Below, piece after piece: positions 1 through 12,805 of a stretch of DNA of 64,000 nucleotides. Source of the DNA: Squalus acanthias (lineage: Eukaryota). Numbering within the stretch: the stretch's first letter is position 1; each line of letters opens with the position of its first letter. The notes under the pieces are model-generated. The model ran no database searches. It was given only the letters and a program-made list of their open reading frames with translations, and was not told the DNA's origin. The DNA lies in NCBI GenBank assembly GCA_030390025.1, contig CM059432.1:74216001-74280000 (forward strand), written 5' to 3'. The position numbers were made by a program, and so were the translations under genes.

Positions 1-46
1 CCTAAAAAGGAGTCCAAACAGCTAGATGCACAAGGTTAAAAGCTTT

Positions 47-726
47 CTTCTTAGGCAGTCCCTCAGAACCGAGGATGACTTGCTTACACATTAAAAATGA
101 GTTCTCAGGTGACTGATGAGTCCAATGCGGGACCTACAGTCTCTGTCACAGGTGGGGCAGACGGTGGTTGAAGGGGCGGGTGGGTGGAGTGGTTGGGTTG
201 ACGTGCGCTCCTTCCGCTGCCTGCACTTCGCTTCCGCTTGCTCCCGACGAAGAGACTCGAGGTGTTCGGCGCCTTCCCGGATGCTTCTCCTCCACTTTGT
301 GGGGTCTTGGGCCAGGGATTCCCAGGTGTCGGTGGGGATGTTACACTTTTTCAAGGAGGCTTTGAGGGTGTCCTTGAAGCGTTTCCTCTGCCCACCTGGG
401 GCTCTCTTGCCGTGTCGGAACTCTGAGTAGAGCGCTTGTTTTGGGAGTCTCGTATCGGGCATGCGGACAATGTGACCCGTCCATCGGAGCTGATCGAGCG
501 TGGTCAAAGCTTCGATGCTGGGGATGTTGGCCTGAGCGAGAACACAGACGTTGGTGCGCCTATCCTGCCAATGGATTTGCAGGATCTTGCGGAGGGCAGC
601 GTTGGTGGTACCTCTCCAGTGCTTTGAGGTGCCTGCTGTACATGGTCCATGTCTCTGAGGCATACAGCAGGGCGGGTATCACTGCTGCTCTGTAAACCAT
701 GAGCTTAGTGCCGGGTTTGAGGTCCT
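47..726 (-). mobile_element. 5'-truncated RTE-clade LINE (ORF C-terminus + 3' UTR)
   Basis: Minus ORFs 560-754 and 91-663 give TKLMVYRAAVIPALLYASETWT, QLRWTGHIVRMPDTRLPKQALY and a terminal zinc finger CPTCDRDCRSRIGLISHLRTH. Short (AAG)n tail. 13-bp TSD GGTTAAAAGCTTT at 34-46 and 727-739. Confidence 0.9.
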
Positions 727-1091
727 GGTTAAAAGCTTTACTTGCAGTTAACACTCCAGTTGCTTATGAAGGTTGCACCGCACACAATCCATCCAGATTT
801 GGTTACCGTACAGTCATTTATAATTGAGAACTGCTGTGGTCAACATTGCACGACACTAACCAGGCAGCAGAACTGCTGCAGTGAATGTCCTAATTAGTGG
901 TCCATCGACAAGGGCGTTATGTTTTGTGTGGTTGGAACTCCCCTTTGGGCTAAAGTCTGGGGATCATGTTGAAGGTATCCTGTAATCTTAAAATTGTACA
1001 GCAAATCCTGTGGGCAGTTTCAAGGATGCTCCAAAAGGCCCAGATAGTGTCAGATTAGGCCAACAAAAAGCAGTTGCCCTTTCAGAGAAAT

Positions 1092-1832
1092 GGCCCAGAA
1101 ATTGATCTCGCTCTGTTCCCGCGGGGGTAAGCCTTCCCCGCGATGTCTCACCTCGCTTATGCTTTTTCTGATCCAGCTCGCACGAACTTGATGTTCCAGA
1201 CATCAGCTGTGCTGGGCTTGCGTATCCCAGCGGCGTAGTGAATTCGTGCGAGCTGTGGGATCACGTGACTCAGTTAGAGCCAATGGCAGCACACCATCTT
1301 CCATTCATAAGTCTCACAGCATGGCTGTGAGACTTATGAATCTTACACCCCCCCAAAATAACAGCTAAACCTCAATTAAATTTAAAAAAAAACCCATCAC
1401 ATTAATAAAATAAGTATAGTTAATTAAATTAACCATTTTAAATAAAAAATTAAATTTTTGAAAAAAATTAAAATCTTTTAAAAAGTTATAAAAATAAACT
1501 TACCTGTCTTTAAAGTCTATAAAAAAGATATACCTGTAAAAAAAAATTCAAAAAAATACTTAATTCACTACTTACCTTCTTAAAAGCGGGTCTTACTCCT
1601 TTTTACATTTCCAAAATCTTCCCTACTTACCTGCGCGTCCAAAGCATGAAGTGCACAGCGTGCGCGCAGCCTGTAGCGCGCACGCGATGCACCCAGGCCC
1701 CGCCCCCTTTTCGGAAGAGCAATTGCCGGTTTTCAGTGCATGCGCAGGGCATGCAGAAAACCGGCAATTGGAGTGGGAATACGCGAGAGTATGCAGTGCG
1801 TACTCTCGCGTCCCGGGATCAATTTTCGGCCC
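1092..1832. mobile_element. Non-autonomous DNA transposon (MITE), PIF/Harbinger-like termini
   Basis: Imperfect TIRs GGCCCAGAAATTGATCTC ... GGGATCAATTTTCGGCCC. AT-rich core, several internal hairpins, flanks AAT/ATT. Confidence 0.7.
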
Positions 1833-3495
1833 ATTAATTTCTCTGGAACTAGATACCTACAGCAGATAGGCTAGCAGGGACCCTGAAAAGAAACCTGCTT
1901 AACTCTTGTTTGCTCATCTGTCTGCAATCTGACCCCCTGCCGCCAAACTGTAGGAGAGGACTTGAGGGAGGGACTGTGCCAGTTGTTTCTCAGTGAATAG
2001 TTTTAGATCTCATGGGATGTGTGCGTATGTGGTGGAGCCTCAGCTCCGGCTTTCCCTTCACAGGTTCCCCCTCCCAAGATTCATGAAGCAGTTTACAATC
2101 TTTCACCAAGCATTATAGCTTTAACAGTTTAGAAAGAAGAGGTTTTCTCCATTGCTGTGCTCCAAGCTGCTTGAAGACGTTGGTTTTTAGAAACTATTTG
2201 GTGTATTTCCTATTTCTGCGGAGGGTGAACAAATGAGAGAATGGTGGACTTGATCATTGAATGAAATTCAGTCTCAATGTGCAAAGTCCCCATCCAGCCA
2301 TTCTTCTGACCTGGCGTAACTTGAAATCGATTTGCATGTTTGTAGTTCCGAGTTACCAATTTTATTTGTTGGTTTCTCTGTTCTCACTGCTGTCTCATTT
2401 ATGGATTAGGCAATCACTCTAGGTGAAGTAAGAACTCTTGTGTTTAAAGGAAACCTACCTACTTAACTATGAAATGATAAATTCCCCACCCACTCACACT
2501 TGCAGGTTTGGGGAAATAATGGTTCAAGGTAAGTTGTGAATTGGTACTAATTGGTCTTGTTTCAAAATGTGCAAGACTGAAGATTACTGCAAAGCTTTGC
2601 ATTCTCCTGTTGTCCTTCTCAGATGATTAAAAATGTGTAGTTTCCTTTTGGAGTAATTGACATTGCGCTTTTTAAAATATGTACTTGAACTGGTGCCATT
2701 AGATTTTATTTTATAGCTTCAAATTTAGAAATCTGAACGAACTGGATGATAAACTTACAAATATGGAATTTATCATAAGTGAGGACGAAACCAAATAACG
2801 CAACAGTGCAATGTTTTAGCAAATATGAAGAGTTTGTAGTCCTTAAATCACAATTTTTGGCAAATATGGCAATGGATTGTATTTGAACTATTGTCAGGAA
2901 GGATTTTAGTTGTGCCAGTATGAAGGGCTGTTGTATGTAAATAGAATAATAGTTGTCTCCAGCTGTTTGTGATGAATGGAGCTCTGTTATCGGCATGCAC
3001 TGCAGGCAAAAAAGAATAATCTAGTGTACAATTTTCCTTTCCCTTTCATTTTTGTAGAGTTGCTACCCAAATTCAGTGTTTTATTTTGTGAAATAACTCA
3101 AGAAATGGCGATACTTTTGTACTTTCTTAGATTGCTTTTAACTGTATTGTCGCTCTGTGAATTTTACCAAATTCCACTTCCCCTCCTAAAAATACTGACT
3201 CATGCTCGGGTATTGTTTCATGGGTGGCGGCGATTCACCAGTACTTTGCCCAAGTGGCCATTCTATGTGTGCCTTTTTGGTGGGTGTCAGCAGGCCATTT
3301 GACCACAGAGCCATTATAGCGGAGTCAATCTATACTCATCTGGTGTTCAGGGATTTTGCAGCAGGGATGACTGGATAGCAATTAGGAGCATAAATATTGG
3401 CTGATTACTCCCTTCCCTCTGGCTGAGAGGAAGCTAACTATTGTAATGCCGCTGAGGCTGTCCAGTTTAGATCAGTTGTCTCAGTCAAACACAAT

Positions 3496-3870
3496 GGGCT
3501 GGAATTTGCGGTTGGAGGCACACCTCCGCAGTACGCCTCCGACCCGATTTATAAAAAAAAATCTGCACCTACCTGCTGGCTCCCGGCCTTCGGAGTCTTC
3601 AGGTCCTGGGCCTGCAGGCGTACACCTGCGTAAAAGCCCACAGATCCCAGGGACGCAGGCGGTTCAGAAGCGTCCCTGGGATCACGTGGGCCAGCTCCTC
3701 CTATCAGAAAGGAGGATTCCTAATAAGCTTATGGGGATTCCATTTACAAACGGAATCCCTGTAAGCATATGAGGAATCTCTAAATAATTTACACAACGGG
3801 AATAAAAATAATGTTCCCATTTTCACATTTAATTAAAAGTGCCTTTAATGAAGCATTTACAAAAAATATT
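3496..3870. mobile_element. Truncated MITE of the GGGC(C)TGGAATTTGCG family
   Basis: Starts GGGCTGGAATTTGCGGTTGGAGGC, nearly the same as the copy at 42446, and shares a GGAATCCC...TAAGCAT segment. Right end not found. Confidence 0.6.
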
Positions 3871-4054
3871 TTGGCAAGAGAAAATGCAAAACCTCATTTT
3901 TATATTGTGCTCTCTAATAAACTGACTCTTTCATACTGTCCAGTACTCTAGGACATTAACGTGCTTTCTAATAATCTAACAAAGGATTAAGTTGTCAGTT
4001 TAAAGTTTTTTTTTAATTCACCTATTGTATTGGAAATGACAGTTCTGTTCATTA

Positions 4055-4745
4055 TTTATTTGTTTTGGGGATCAGCAAGGCTCATGTTTACTGCTCACGT
4101 TTAGTTGCTTTGAGGTGGTGGTGTTGGGCCTCCTCCTTGAAGCACTGCAGTCCTGCTCCCACAATGGTGTTAAGTCGAGAATTACAGGATATTGGCCTAG
4201 CGATGATGGAACAGCAGTATGTGTCCAGCTCAGGATGGTATGTAACTTGGAAGCAATGATGTTTCCCACAACTGCTGCTCTTCTCCATGGTAGAGGTTGA
4301 ATAGAGGGGAAGATACTGTTAAAGTAACCTGATGAATTGGTGCAGTGCACCCTATAGATGGTACATACTGCAACTGGGGATGGAAGGGCTGGATATTGAG
4401 TCCAGTGGCAGGGGCACCAATCAAGCCTATTGTGCTATCCTGGATGGCATTGAGCTTCTTGAGTGTTGCACCCATCCAGGTGAGTAAGTATTCCATCATA
4501 CTCCTCACACTTGATGTCGATGGCAGCTATTATTGGCTCTCCTTGCATTCTGCTCTTGCATCCAGGTTTTGGCATCTGGAGGTGTACAGTTCTGGCAGAA
4601 TCCAAACTGAGCTCAGTGAGGAGGTAAATTGATGCCACAGTTAATGACGCTATCCATCACTTTACTGATTGGGAGGACATTGATGGTGCATTAATTGGCT
4701 GGATTTGATTTGTCATGATTTTTGTGAGTGGAACATACCTGAGCA
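4055..4745 (-). mobile_element. Degenerate CR1-group LINE (HER1-like) 3' fragment
   Basis: Homologous to 19710-21020 (EY...WMGA...LKKL..IQD motif; same 3' end). Appears to continue at about 5905-6180. Confidence 0.65.
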
Positions 4746-4749
4746 ATCT

Positions 4750-5903
4750 TGCGCATTGACACGGTCAACCACACCATCCTTTTCCAACGCCTTTCCTCCG
4801 TTGTCCAGCTCATTGGGGCTTCCCTTGCTTGGTTCCACTCTTACCTATACAATCAGAGGCAGAGCATTTCCAGCAATCATTTTTCTTCCTGCCCCCATAC
4901 CATTACCTCTATCCTTGGGCCCCATCTTTTCCTTGTCTACATGCTACCTCATTGACAAGATCATACAAATGAGGTCAGGATCCACTCGTACGCTGTCAAC
5001 ACCCAGTTCTAGCTCTCCACCACCTCTCTTGATCCCTCCATTCACTCTGTTTTCAGCCTGCTTGTCTGACATCAAGTCCTGGGTGAGCCACAGTATCCTC
5101 CCAGTTAAACATTGGGCAGACCAATACCAGGACTAAAGTCTTCGGCCCCCACCACAAACTCTGTTCGCTATCTCGGGTTGGACCAGGCTGTTCACAATCT
5201 TGGTGTTCCATTTGACACTGAGCTGAGCTTCCAAACCGATATGCTCTCCATCACAAAGACTGCCTATTTCTAGCTCCACAACATCACTTATCTCTGCCCC
5301 TGCCCCTGCCTCAGCCCATCTGCTGCCAAAACCCCCCTCATGCCTTTGTCACATATAAACTTGACTATTCCACTGCTCTCCTGGCCACCCCCCACATCCT
5401 CCACCCTCCATCCCCCTCCACCCTCCATAAACTACAACTCATCCAAAACTCTGCTACCAACTCTGCTGCCTGTAACCAATCCCGCACCAAGTTCTGCTCA
5501 CCCATCACCCCTATGCTCGCTGACCTACATTGGCTTCCAGTTCCACACAATCTCAAATTTAACATTTTTATTCTCATGTTCAAATCCCTTCATGACCTGG
5601 CCCCTCCCAATCTCTGTGAACTTCTTCAGCCCTCAAAAAACTCTGCATTCCTCCAACTTTGGTCTCTTGTGCATCCCCCACTCCCGTCAACCAACCTAGG
5701 CCATAAGCAATGGAATTCCCTCCCTAAACCTCTCCCCCCGCTCCATCTCTCTCTCCTCCTTTAAGACCCTCCTTAAAACCCACAAAGCCTTTAGTCACCC
5801 CTCCTCCTTTGACTCTGTGTTGATTCATGTTTAAATACACTTCTGTGAAGCACCGTGGGAATTTTTTATACTTTTATAGCTGTATAAATGTAAGTTGCTG
5901 TTC
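4750..5903 (+). mobile_element. Degenerate L2-clade LINE 3' fragment
   Basis: DTVNHTILFQRL and LADLHWLPV..LKF.IFILMFK remnants. 3' tail ...TATAAATGTAAGTTGCTGTT as in other L2 copies. Confidence 0.8.
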
Positions 5904-8422
5904 TTGGCATTGTTGTCGGGCAGATGCCAGTGTCATAGCTATGCTGGAACCGCTTGGTTAAAGGGGCAGCTAGCACTGATACGCAGGTCTTCACGATAGC
6001 TGGAATGTTGTCGGTGTCCACAGCCTTTACTGTGTCCAGTCTATTCCGCCACTTCTTAGGTCATGTGGAGCAAATCATGTGACATTAAGTTGTGGCTGAG
6101 TGCACTTGACATTAGCATCTATGATGGTGGAGACCTCGGGAGGAGGCTGAGTAGGAGCATTCATAATGTGCTAAAGTGGTGTATGTTGAATAAGCAGACT
6201 ATTTGAAATTGTGGATTTTTAAAAATTCACGCGATGCACTTGTTATATTTTTGCTCGAATATTTGTGAAATTTTATTTGTATGGTCATCCTTCCGTCATG
6301 TTCCTTACCATACAGCAAAATGCTGTGCATGTACCCTTTTACTTTGGAGAGTGCACAAAACTATGTATTACCCCAAAGAATAGACTAAGATTATGATGTG
6401 GAGCAGATGCCACGTGATGCAATGATTCAGCCAGTTCTTTTGGGTGGGAGGGAAGAATTTTGTTTCGGAAGATCGAAAGACAAAATGAGAATGTGACTTG
6501 CACTGGAATATTTAGGGGAGAGGATATTAATACAAAATATTCTCTCAGAAAAAAGACCCATGGTACGCTGAGGAAAAAGAACATACTCTTTGCTCTGTAA
6601 CCAAATGGGACCGTGGCACCCTGTTACCAAGGAAACACTACTGGTTGGCTGGGTCTGCATTCTGTGTTTGGTAAAGGCATAAAGAAATGGAATTCTGAAA
6701 TCAAGAAATGTTTAAGTCTTGACTTATCTTATTAAACAAACAAGATGGTCAAATACTAGTTCTACTGAATGCCATATCAGCAGTATATCACGAGTTGACG
6801 ATAAAATAGCTATAATCTAATATTGATTACAAATTCGAGCTTTATAATGTGAGTGAAAGCATATTTTAAACGTTTTCTTGTGCATCATTTTTAAATGAAT
6901 GGCAGTGAAAAATCTTGACATTTGACTTGTGCTGTAAAGCTGATAGTAAACTGAAAATGTTGTGCCTGTCTTACTGTACAGGACCACCAATAGTAACTCA
7001 GTTTTGCTAAATATCAATTTTGTCTCAACTTTTAAAGCATTTTAGAGCTCACTTTCTCCTACTTTATGTTGTTGGTCAGTGTAGCCTTGGAACTGTAAAT
7101 TCAGTGCGATTTGGAAAGAAGAAGAATCAACTAGTACTTAGAATACATGGTTTTGGCAAGGGATCAAGCTGTTGGCCATTGTCTTTTTGATTTAAACAAA
7201 TTTGAGAAATGTGTAATGTTTTAGAACACCTTTTGCACTGATTTGATAAAAGAAACCGCAAAATGCTGCTGCGCAGGTGTTGAGAATGTTGATAGCTGAT
7301 TGAGGGAAGCAGATGGCTTTAGTCAGTGGCATCAAGCCAAAAGAGCAGGTGCTGGTCATGTGACTGCTGGTTACCAGGGTAATCTTATTGCTCTTGGCGT
7401 GCAGATGAAAGGAAAGGGGCCCCAGTGTTCAGCTGTAGTATTGTATAATTTGTGGCAGTTAGAGCGGAAATAAATGCTGGAAATGGAGTCTCATGGCAAG
7501 AGAAGCTGATGGCAGTGTTTAGTAAATACTAAAGTAATTGGTGTGGAAATTGTGCTGAAAATTAAGTGAAATGGGTTTTGGCTATGTAAGAGATTGGTGT
7601 ATGGTTTAGCATGCCTTTTTGTCAATCTTTTAGTCATTAGACTTTAGCACTACATAAAAATAAGAGAATGAGTTCCTTGAACATGGATATTGTTCCCTGC
7701 AGTTAATGATTTTTAAAAGCATATTTTCCAATAGGAAGCAGACCATTCCAATACAATGGGATAGACTGGTACATCTCAATTTGGACCCCAGCTTTGTTTT
7801 ATGATGCCGCCCATTTTTTCCTATTGAAGGTGGCATGTCCAGTTAACAGGAAAGAATGGTTAATCAGTAGAATTTTTCCTTTGGGTTCCACTTTGCCACG
7901 ATTACTAGAGTTATCTTGGTGAGTGTGCCAGGGGAAGTTCAGGTGGTCATTTTTGTAATGTATTATCACCTGGTTTGTCACATGGTTTAGTATGAGCATG
8001 CTCAGTTAGTTCTGGCCTATTAAACAAGCACCTTGACTAGCAACTCATCGTGTCTCTCCTTATTTTGTTCTACCCACATATATTGCAATTTTCACAGCTA
8101 ACTTCTAGAGTGTGTATCCCAGGGGATACAGAGAGGGGAATAAATTGCATCAAAATATAGAGGGGTCGTATCCTTCAGTGTAAATCAGCTTTGATTCTGC
8201 AGTTCCAATACCCAAAAGTGCTGTTATGGCCCACAAGTAATAGCTTATCCTACCATATAGTTTGCTAGTTTGATTTTAGTTTGAATAGTACCTATGTAAA
8301 TCATTTGAAGAGGGAAATATTAACCATGTGCCTTTTTTTATTCTTAATTCAGAAGTATAGCACGAATACCCAAATCAATTATTTGGGTGAATGGAATTAA
8401 TTCTTCAATTTTTCTTAAGTAT

Positions 8423-10304
8423 CCCCTCCAATAACTCCAATAACAAGTGCGAGGAGATCCTGGACTTCTTTGTCTCTTTAAGATTGAGACCATCCGATCA
8501 GCTGCCTCTGCCACTTCCCTTCCTTCCCCTAGCCCACCAGGGCCAAACTTCCTCTAAGGTTGCCCCCCTGCCCTAGAACTGAACTCTCATCTTTCTCCAG
8601 TTTCTCTCCGATCTCCCCTCATGAACTCTCTGCGCTCGTCTTGTCCATGAGACCCACTTCCTGCTCCCTCGAAACTATTCCCACTAAATTGCTGACCACC
8701 CAACTTCCTTTTCTGGCTCCTATGCTAGCTGACATTGTTAACAGTTCTCTCTCCTCAGGTACTGTCCCCCTCTCCCTCAAATCTGCCGTCATCACTCCTC
8801 TCCTCAAAAAACCAACCCTTGACCCCTCCGTCCTTGCAAACCGCTGCCTCATCTCCAACCTCCCTTTCCTCTCAAGTCCTTGAATGTGTTGTCGCCTCCC
8901 AAATCCGTGCCCATCTTTCCCGGAACTCCTTGTTTAAATCCCTCCAATCAGATTTCCGCCCCTGCCACAGTACAGAAACGGCTCTCATCAAAGTCGCAAA
9001 TGACATCTTTTGTGACTGACAAAGGTAAATGATTCCTCCTCTTCCTTCTTGACTTGCCTGCAGCCTTTGACACAGTTGACCACTCCATCCGCCTCCAACT
9101 CTTCTCACCGTCGTTCAGCAGGGTGGGACTGCACTCGCCTGGTACCATTCTTATCTATCTAATCATAGCCAGACAATCACCTACAATAACGTCTCTTCCT
9201 GCTCCCGTATCGTTACCTCTGGTGTCCCCCAAGGATATATCTTGGCCCCCTCCTATTTCCCACTACATGCTGCCCCTTGGCAACATCATCCGAAGACACA
9301 GCGTCAGTTTCCACATGTATGCTGATGACACCCAGCTCTACCTCACCACCACTTCTCTCGACCCCTCCACGGTCTCTAAATTGTCAGACTGCTTGTCCAA
9401 CATCCAGTACTAGATGAGCAGAAATTTTCTACAGTTAAATATTGGGAAGACCGAAGCCATTGTTTTCAGTCCTCGCCGCAAACTTCGTTCCCGAGCCACT
9501 GACTCCATCCCTCTCCCTAGCATTTGTCTGAGGCTGAACCAGACTGTCTGCAACCTTGGTGTCATATTTGATCCTGAAATGAGCTTCTGACCACATATCC
9601 GCGGTATAACCAAGACCGCCTATTTCCTCCTCCGTAACCTCGCCTGTCTCCGCCCTTGCCTCAGCTCCTCTGCTGCTGAAACCCTCATCCATGCCTTTGT
9701 TACCTCTAGACTTGACTATTCCAATGCACTCCTGGCTGGCCTCCCACGTTCTACCCTACGTAAACTTGAGGTCATCCGAAACTCTGCTGCCCGTGTCCTA
9801 ACTTGCACCAAGTCCCGTTCACCCATCACCCCTGTGGTCGCTGACCTACATTGGCTCCTGGTTAAGCAACGCCTCGATTTTAAAATTCTTATCCTTGTTT
9901 TCAAATCCCTCTATGGCCTCGCCCCTCCCTATCTCTGTAATCTCCTCCAGCCCCACAACCACCTCACCTCCCCGCCCCCCCAACCCCCAAGATATCTGCA
10001 CTCCTCTAATTCTGCCCTCTTGAGTATCCCTGATTATAATCACTCCAACATTGGTGGCAGTGCCTTCAGCTGCCTCGACCCTCAGCTCTGGAATTCCCTG
10101 CCTAAACCTCTCCGCCTCTCTACCTCTCTTTCCTCCTTTAAGACACTCCTTAAAACCTACCTCTTTGACCAAGCTTTTGGTCACCTGCCCTAATGTCTCC
10201 ATATGTGACTCGGTGTCAAATTTTTTGTCTTCTAACACTTCTGTGGAAGCGCCTTGGGACGTTTTACTACGTTAAAGGTGCTATATAAATACAAGTTGTT
10301 GTTG
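8423..10304 (+). mobile_element. L2-clade LINE, 5'-truncated, RT region with frameshifts and stops
   Basis: VITPLLKKPTLDPS, HSTETALIKV.NDI, AAFDTVDH, YADDTQLY and LHWL.VKQRLDFKIL motifs. Ends GCTATATAAATACAAGTTGTTGTTG. Confidence 0.92.
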
Positions 10305-10399
10305 AGTAACAAGAAAACTCTAACCCACTAAGTGCACTTTTCCACCGGTTCTGTTTAGTTTGCATACTCATGATTTGTCCCCAGTTTATTTAATCTACT

Positions 10400-11350
10400 T
10401 CAGAAAATTAAATTACCAATAAAATTCCAAGAAGAAAAAGCTCTGTAAAATTCCTGCCGGCTGTCTGAAGATCGAGTGAGAACTTGGAGATCTTCAATCT
10501 GTTGCTTAATAATGACCAGTTGCGAGCCACATTCCAATGGTGTAAACTGGATTAGATCCACAGTATTCCGTAGTGTTTGATTGTATTGAATTGTATAGCC
10601 TTCAGTCTCCTTTTTAACCACCTGATAGTCCAGTACTTTTCTAATGGAGTTCATTGATATTGGATTCACGGCTTTTGCTATCCTCTTGTGTATACGTGCT
10701 ACTTTGAGAACTCTGGTTTCTGAAGACAGTAGCTTTACAAATCCCAAATCTAAAGTGGGGGGTGGAGAGAGAGAGACTAGGTTTGCACTCCCAATGTTAA
10801 TTACAATGAAATGCAAACTTTATTGGAGCATTCCTTATAAGTTAAAACGTTTCAAGTCATTTTATCTATGGTAATGACCCATAGTACAAATCAAGTAGAA
10901 TTGGAAAGTGTTAGACTTGTCATAGTTTTCCATTATTTTTTTCAAATTTTGGAGATTATCCTCACAAATGTAACATGAGTAACAAAGTTCAAGAAATTCT
11001 AGTGAGCTCCCAAGCTGCAAGATATTGGTGAAGTCTGCTGAACTCCAACATCTAGTTGTGATCTGATTTATGAAACATGGCTGTAAAGACAACATAAAAT
11101 CCCCATCTTTTTGGGAGGTTTTAAATTCATAGTATTTTTTTCCCATTGTATATTTGTCATGGTTAATGAATATATTCAGAGGTATTGCACTGATGTTGTA
11201 GGCAGGTGATGAGATATAATTTGATGGGGGTTTCATTTTCAGCACATTGGTAGAACAATTATCTGCAGCAGTATCCAGCTTCTTCAAAGAAAACCAATGT
11301 GCATTTCTTCCGACAGAAGTATTTTTTAAAAATTGCTTTGATATTTTACT
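10400..11350 (+). mobile_element. Possible highly decayed L1/Tx1-like ORF2 remnant
   Basis: Only weak resemblance: PKSKVGGG...FALP...KLYW recalls the L1 post-RT GGL.LP...YYWA motif. Confidence 0.25.
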
Positions 11351-11379
11351 CTGACTGGAGCATTCCAAAGCAGATTGTC

Positions 11380-12203
11380 CTTGGGTACTGTTCCCCCTCC
11401 CCTTCAAATCTGCTGTCATCTCCCCCTCAAAAAACCCACTCTTGACCCCTCTGCTCTTGCAAACTACCGGCCCATCTCCAAACTACCTTTCCTCTCCAGT
11501 CCTTGAACGTGTTGTCGTCCCCCAAATCTGTGCCCATCTTTCTCGCAACTCCACGTTTGACCCCCCTCCAGTCAGGTTTCTGCCCCTGCTGCAGCACTGA
11601 AACAGCCCGCATCGAAGTCACAAATTACATCCTATGTGACTTTAATCATGGTAATCTATCCCTCCTCATGCTTCTTGACCAGTCTGCAGCCTTCAACACA
11701 GTTGACCACACCATCCTCCTCCAATGCCTCTCTTCCATTGTCGAGCTGGGTGGGACTGCCCTCTTCTGGCTCCATTCCTATCTAGCCAGAGAATCACCTG
11801 CAGTGGCTTCTCTCCCTGCTCCCGGCTTCTCTATCCTTGGCCTACTCCTATTTCTCATTTACATGCCTCTTGGCAACATCATCTGAAAACGCAACAGGTT
11901 CCACATGTACGCTGTCGACACCCAGCTCTACTTCGCAACCTCTTTCGACCCCTCCACTGTCTCTGATTTGTCACGCTGCTTGTCAGACAGCTAGTATTGG
12001 ATAAGCAGAAATTTCCTCCAATTAAGTATTGAGAAGACCAAAGCCATTGTCGTCTTCTCCCTGGTCACTGTCCGAGGCTGGCTGAACCAGACTGTTTGGA
12101 ACCTTGGCATAATATTTGGCCCTGATCTGAGCTTCCGACCCCATATCTTTTTCACCACTACGTTAAAGGCGCCATATAAATGCAAATAAAAGTTGTTGTT
12201 GTT
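11380..12203 (+). mobile_element. L2-clade LINE fragment with internal deletions
   Basis: LQSGFCPCCSTETARIEV and AAFNTVDHTILLQCL. Ends with a (TTG)n tail at about 12192-12203. Confidence 0.85.
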
Positions 12204-12394
12204 GAATAAATCTTCTAAAATCTATCCTCCAGCTGTCATACTTTTTTTTTAAAAACTGAGCAAAAACAAGTGTCCACCTGCATGTGCATCTTGGTTGCCA
12301 CTTCAGACCCAAGCCCCTCTTTTTTTTGTTTTTTTCTTCCTCTGGATCTTTATGCTTTCCTCTTCTTTCTCTCTCTAATTATGTGATCTTTCAC

Positions 12395-12805
12395 CTTTTT
12401 TAAGGAGCATCTTAAAGTAGGAAAGCGAGGCGGAGAGGTTTAGGGAGGGAATTCCAGACTTAGGGCCTTGGCAGCTGAAGGTACGGCCGCCAATGGTGGC
12501 GTGATTAAAATCGGGGATGCTCAAGAGGCTAGAACTGGAGGGGCGCAGATATCTTGGAAAGTTGTAGGATTGGAGGAGATTACAGAGATCAAGAGGGGCG
12601 AGGCCATTGAAAACGAGGATGAGAATTTTAAAATTGAGGTGTTGCGTAACCAAGGGCCAATGTAGGTCAGCTAGCACAGGGGTGATGGGTGAACGGGACT
12701 TGAGGGTTTCAGCAGCAGACGCACAGAGGCAGGGGGCGGAGTCGAGCAATGTTAGAGGTGGAAATGGGGGGTGATGGCACGGATATGTGGTCGGAAACTC
12801 ATCTC
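12395..12805 (-). mobile_element. L2-clade LINE fragment, opposite orientation
   Basis: Minus ORF SPITPVLADLHWPLV.QHLNFKILILVF; homologous to about 9580-10150. Confidence 0.85.

Noticed and set aside
10400..11419. 138-aa and 185-aa minus-strand ORFs as a gene or viral insert
   Set aside because: No recognisable motifs. The longer ORF starts inside an L2, and the region may be a decayed LINE on the other strand. A BLASTX search would settle it.
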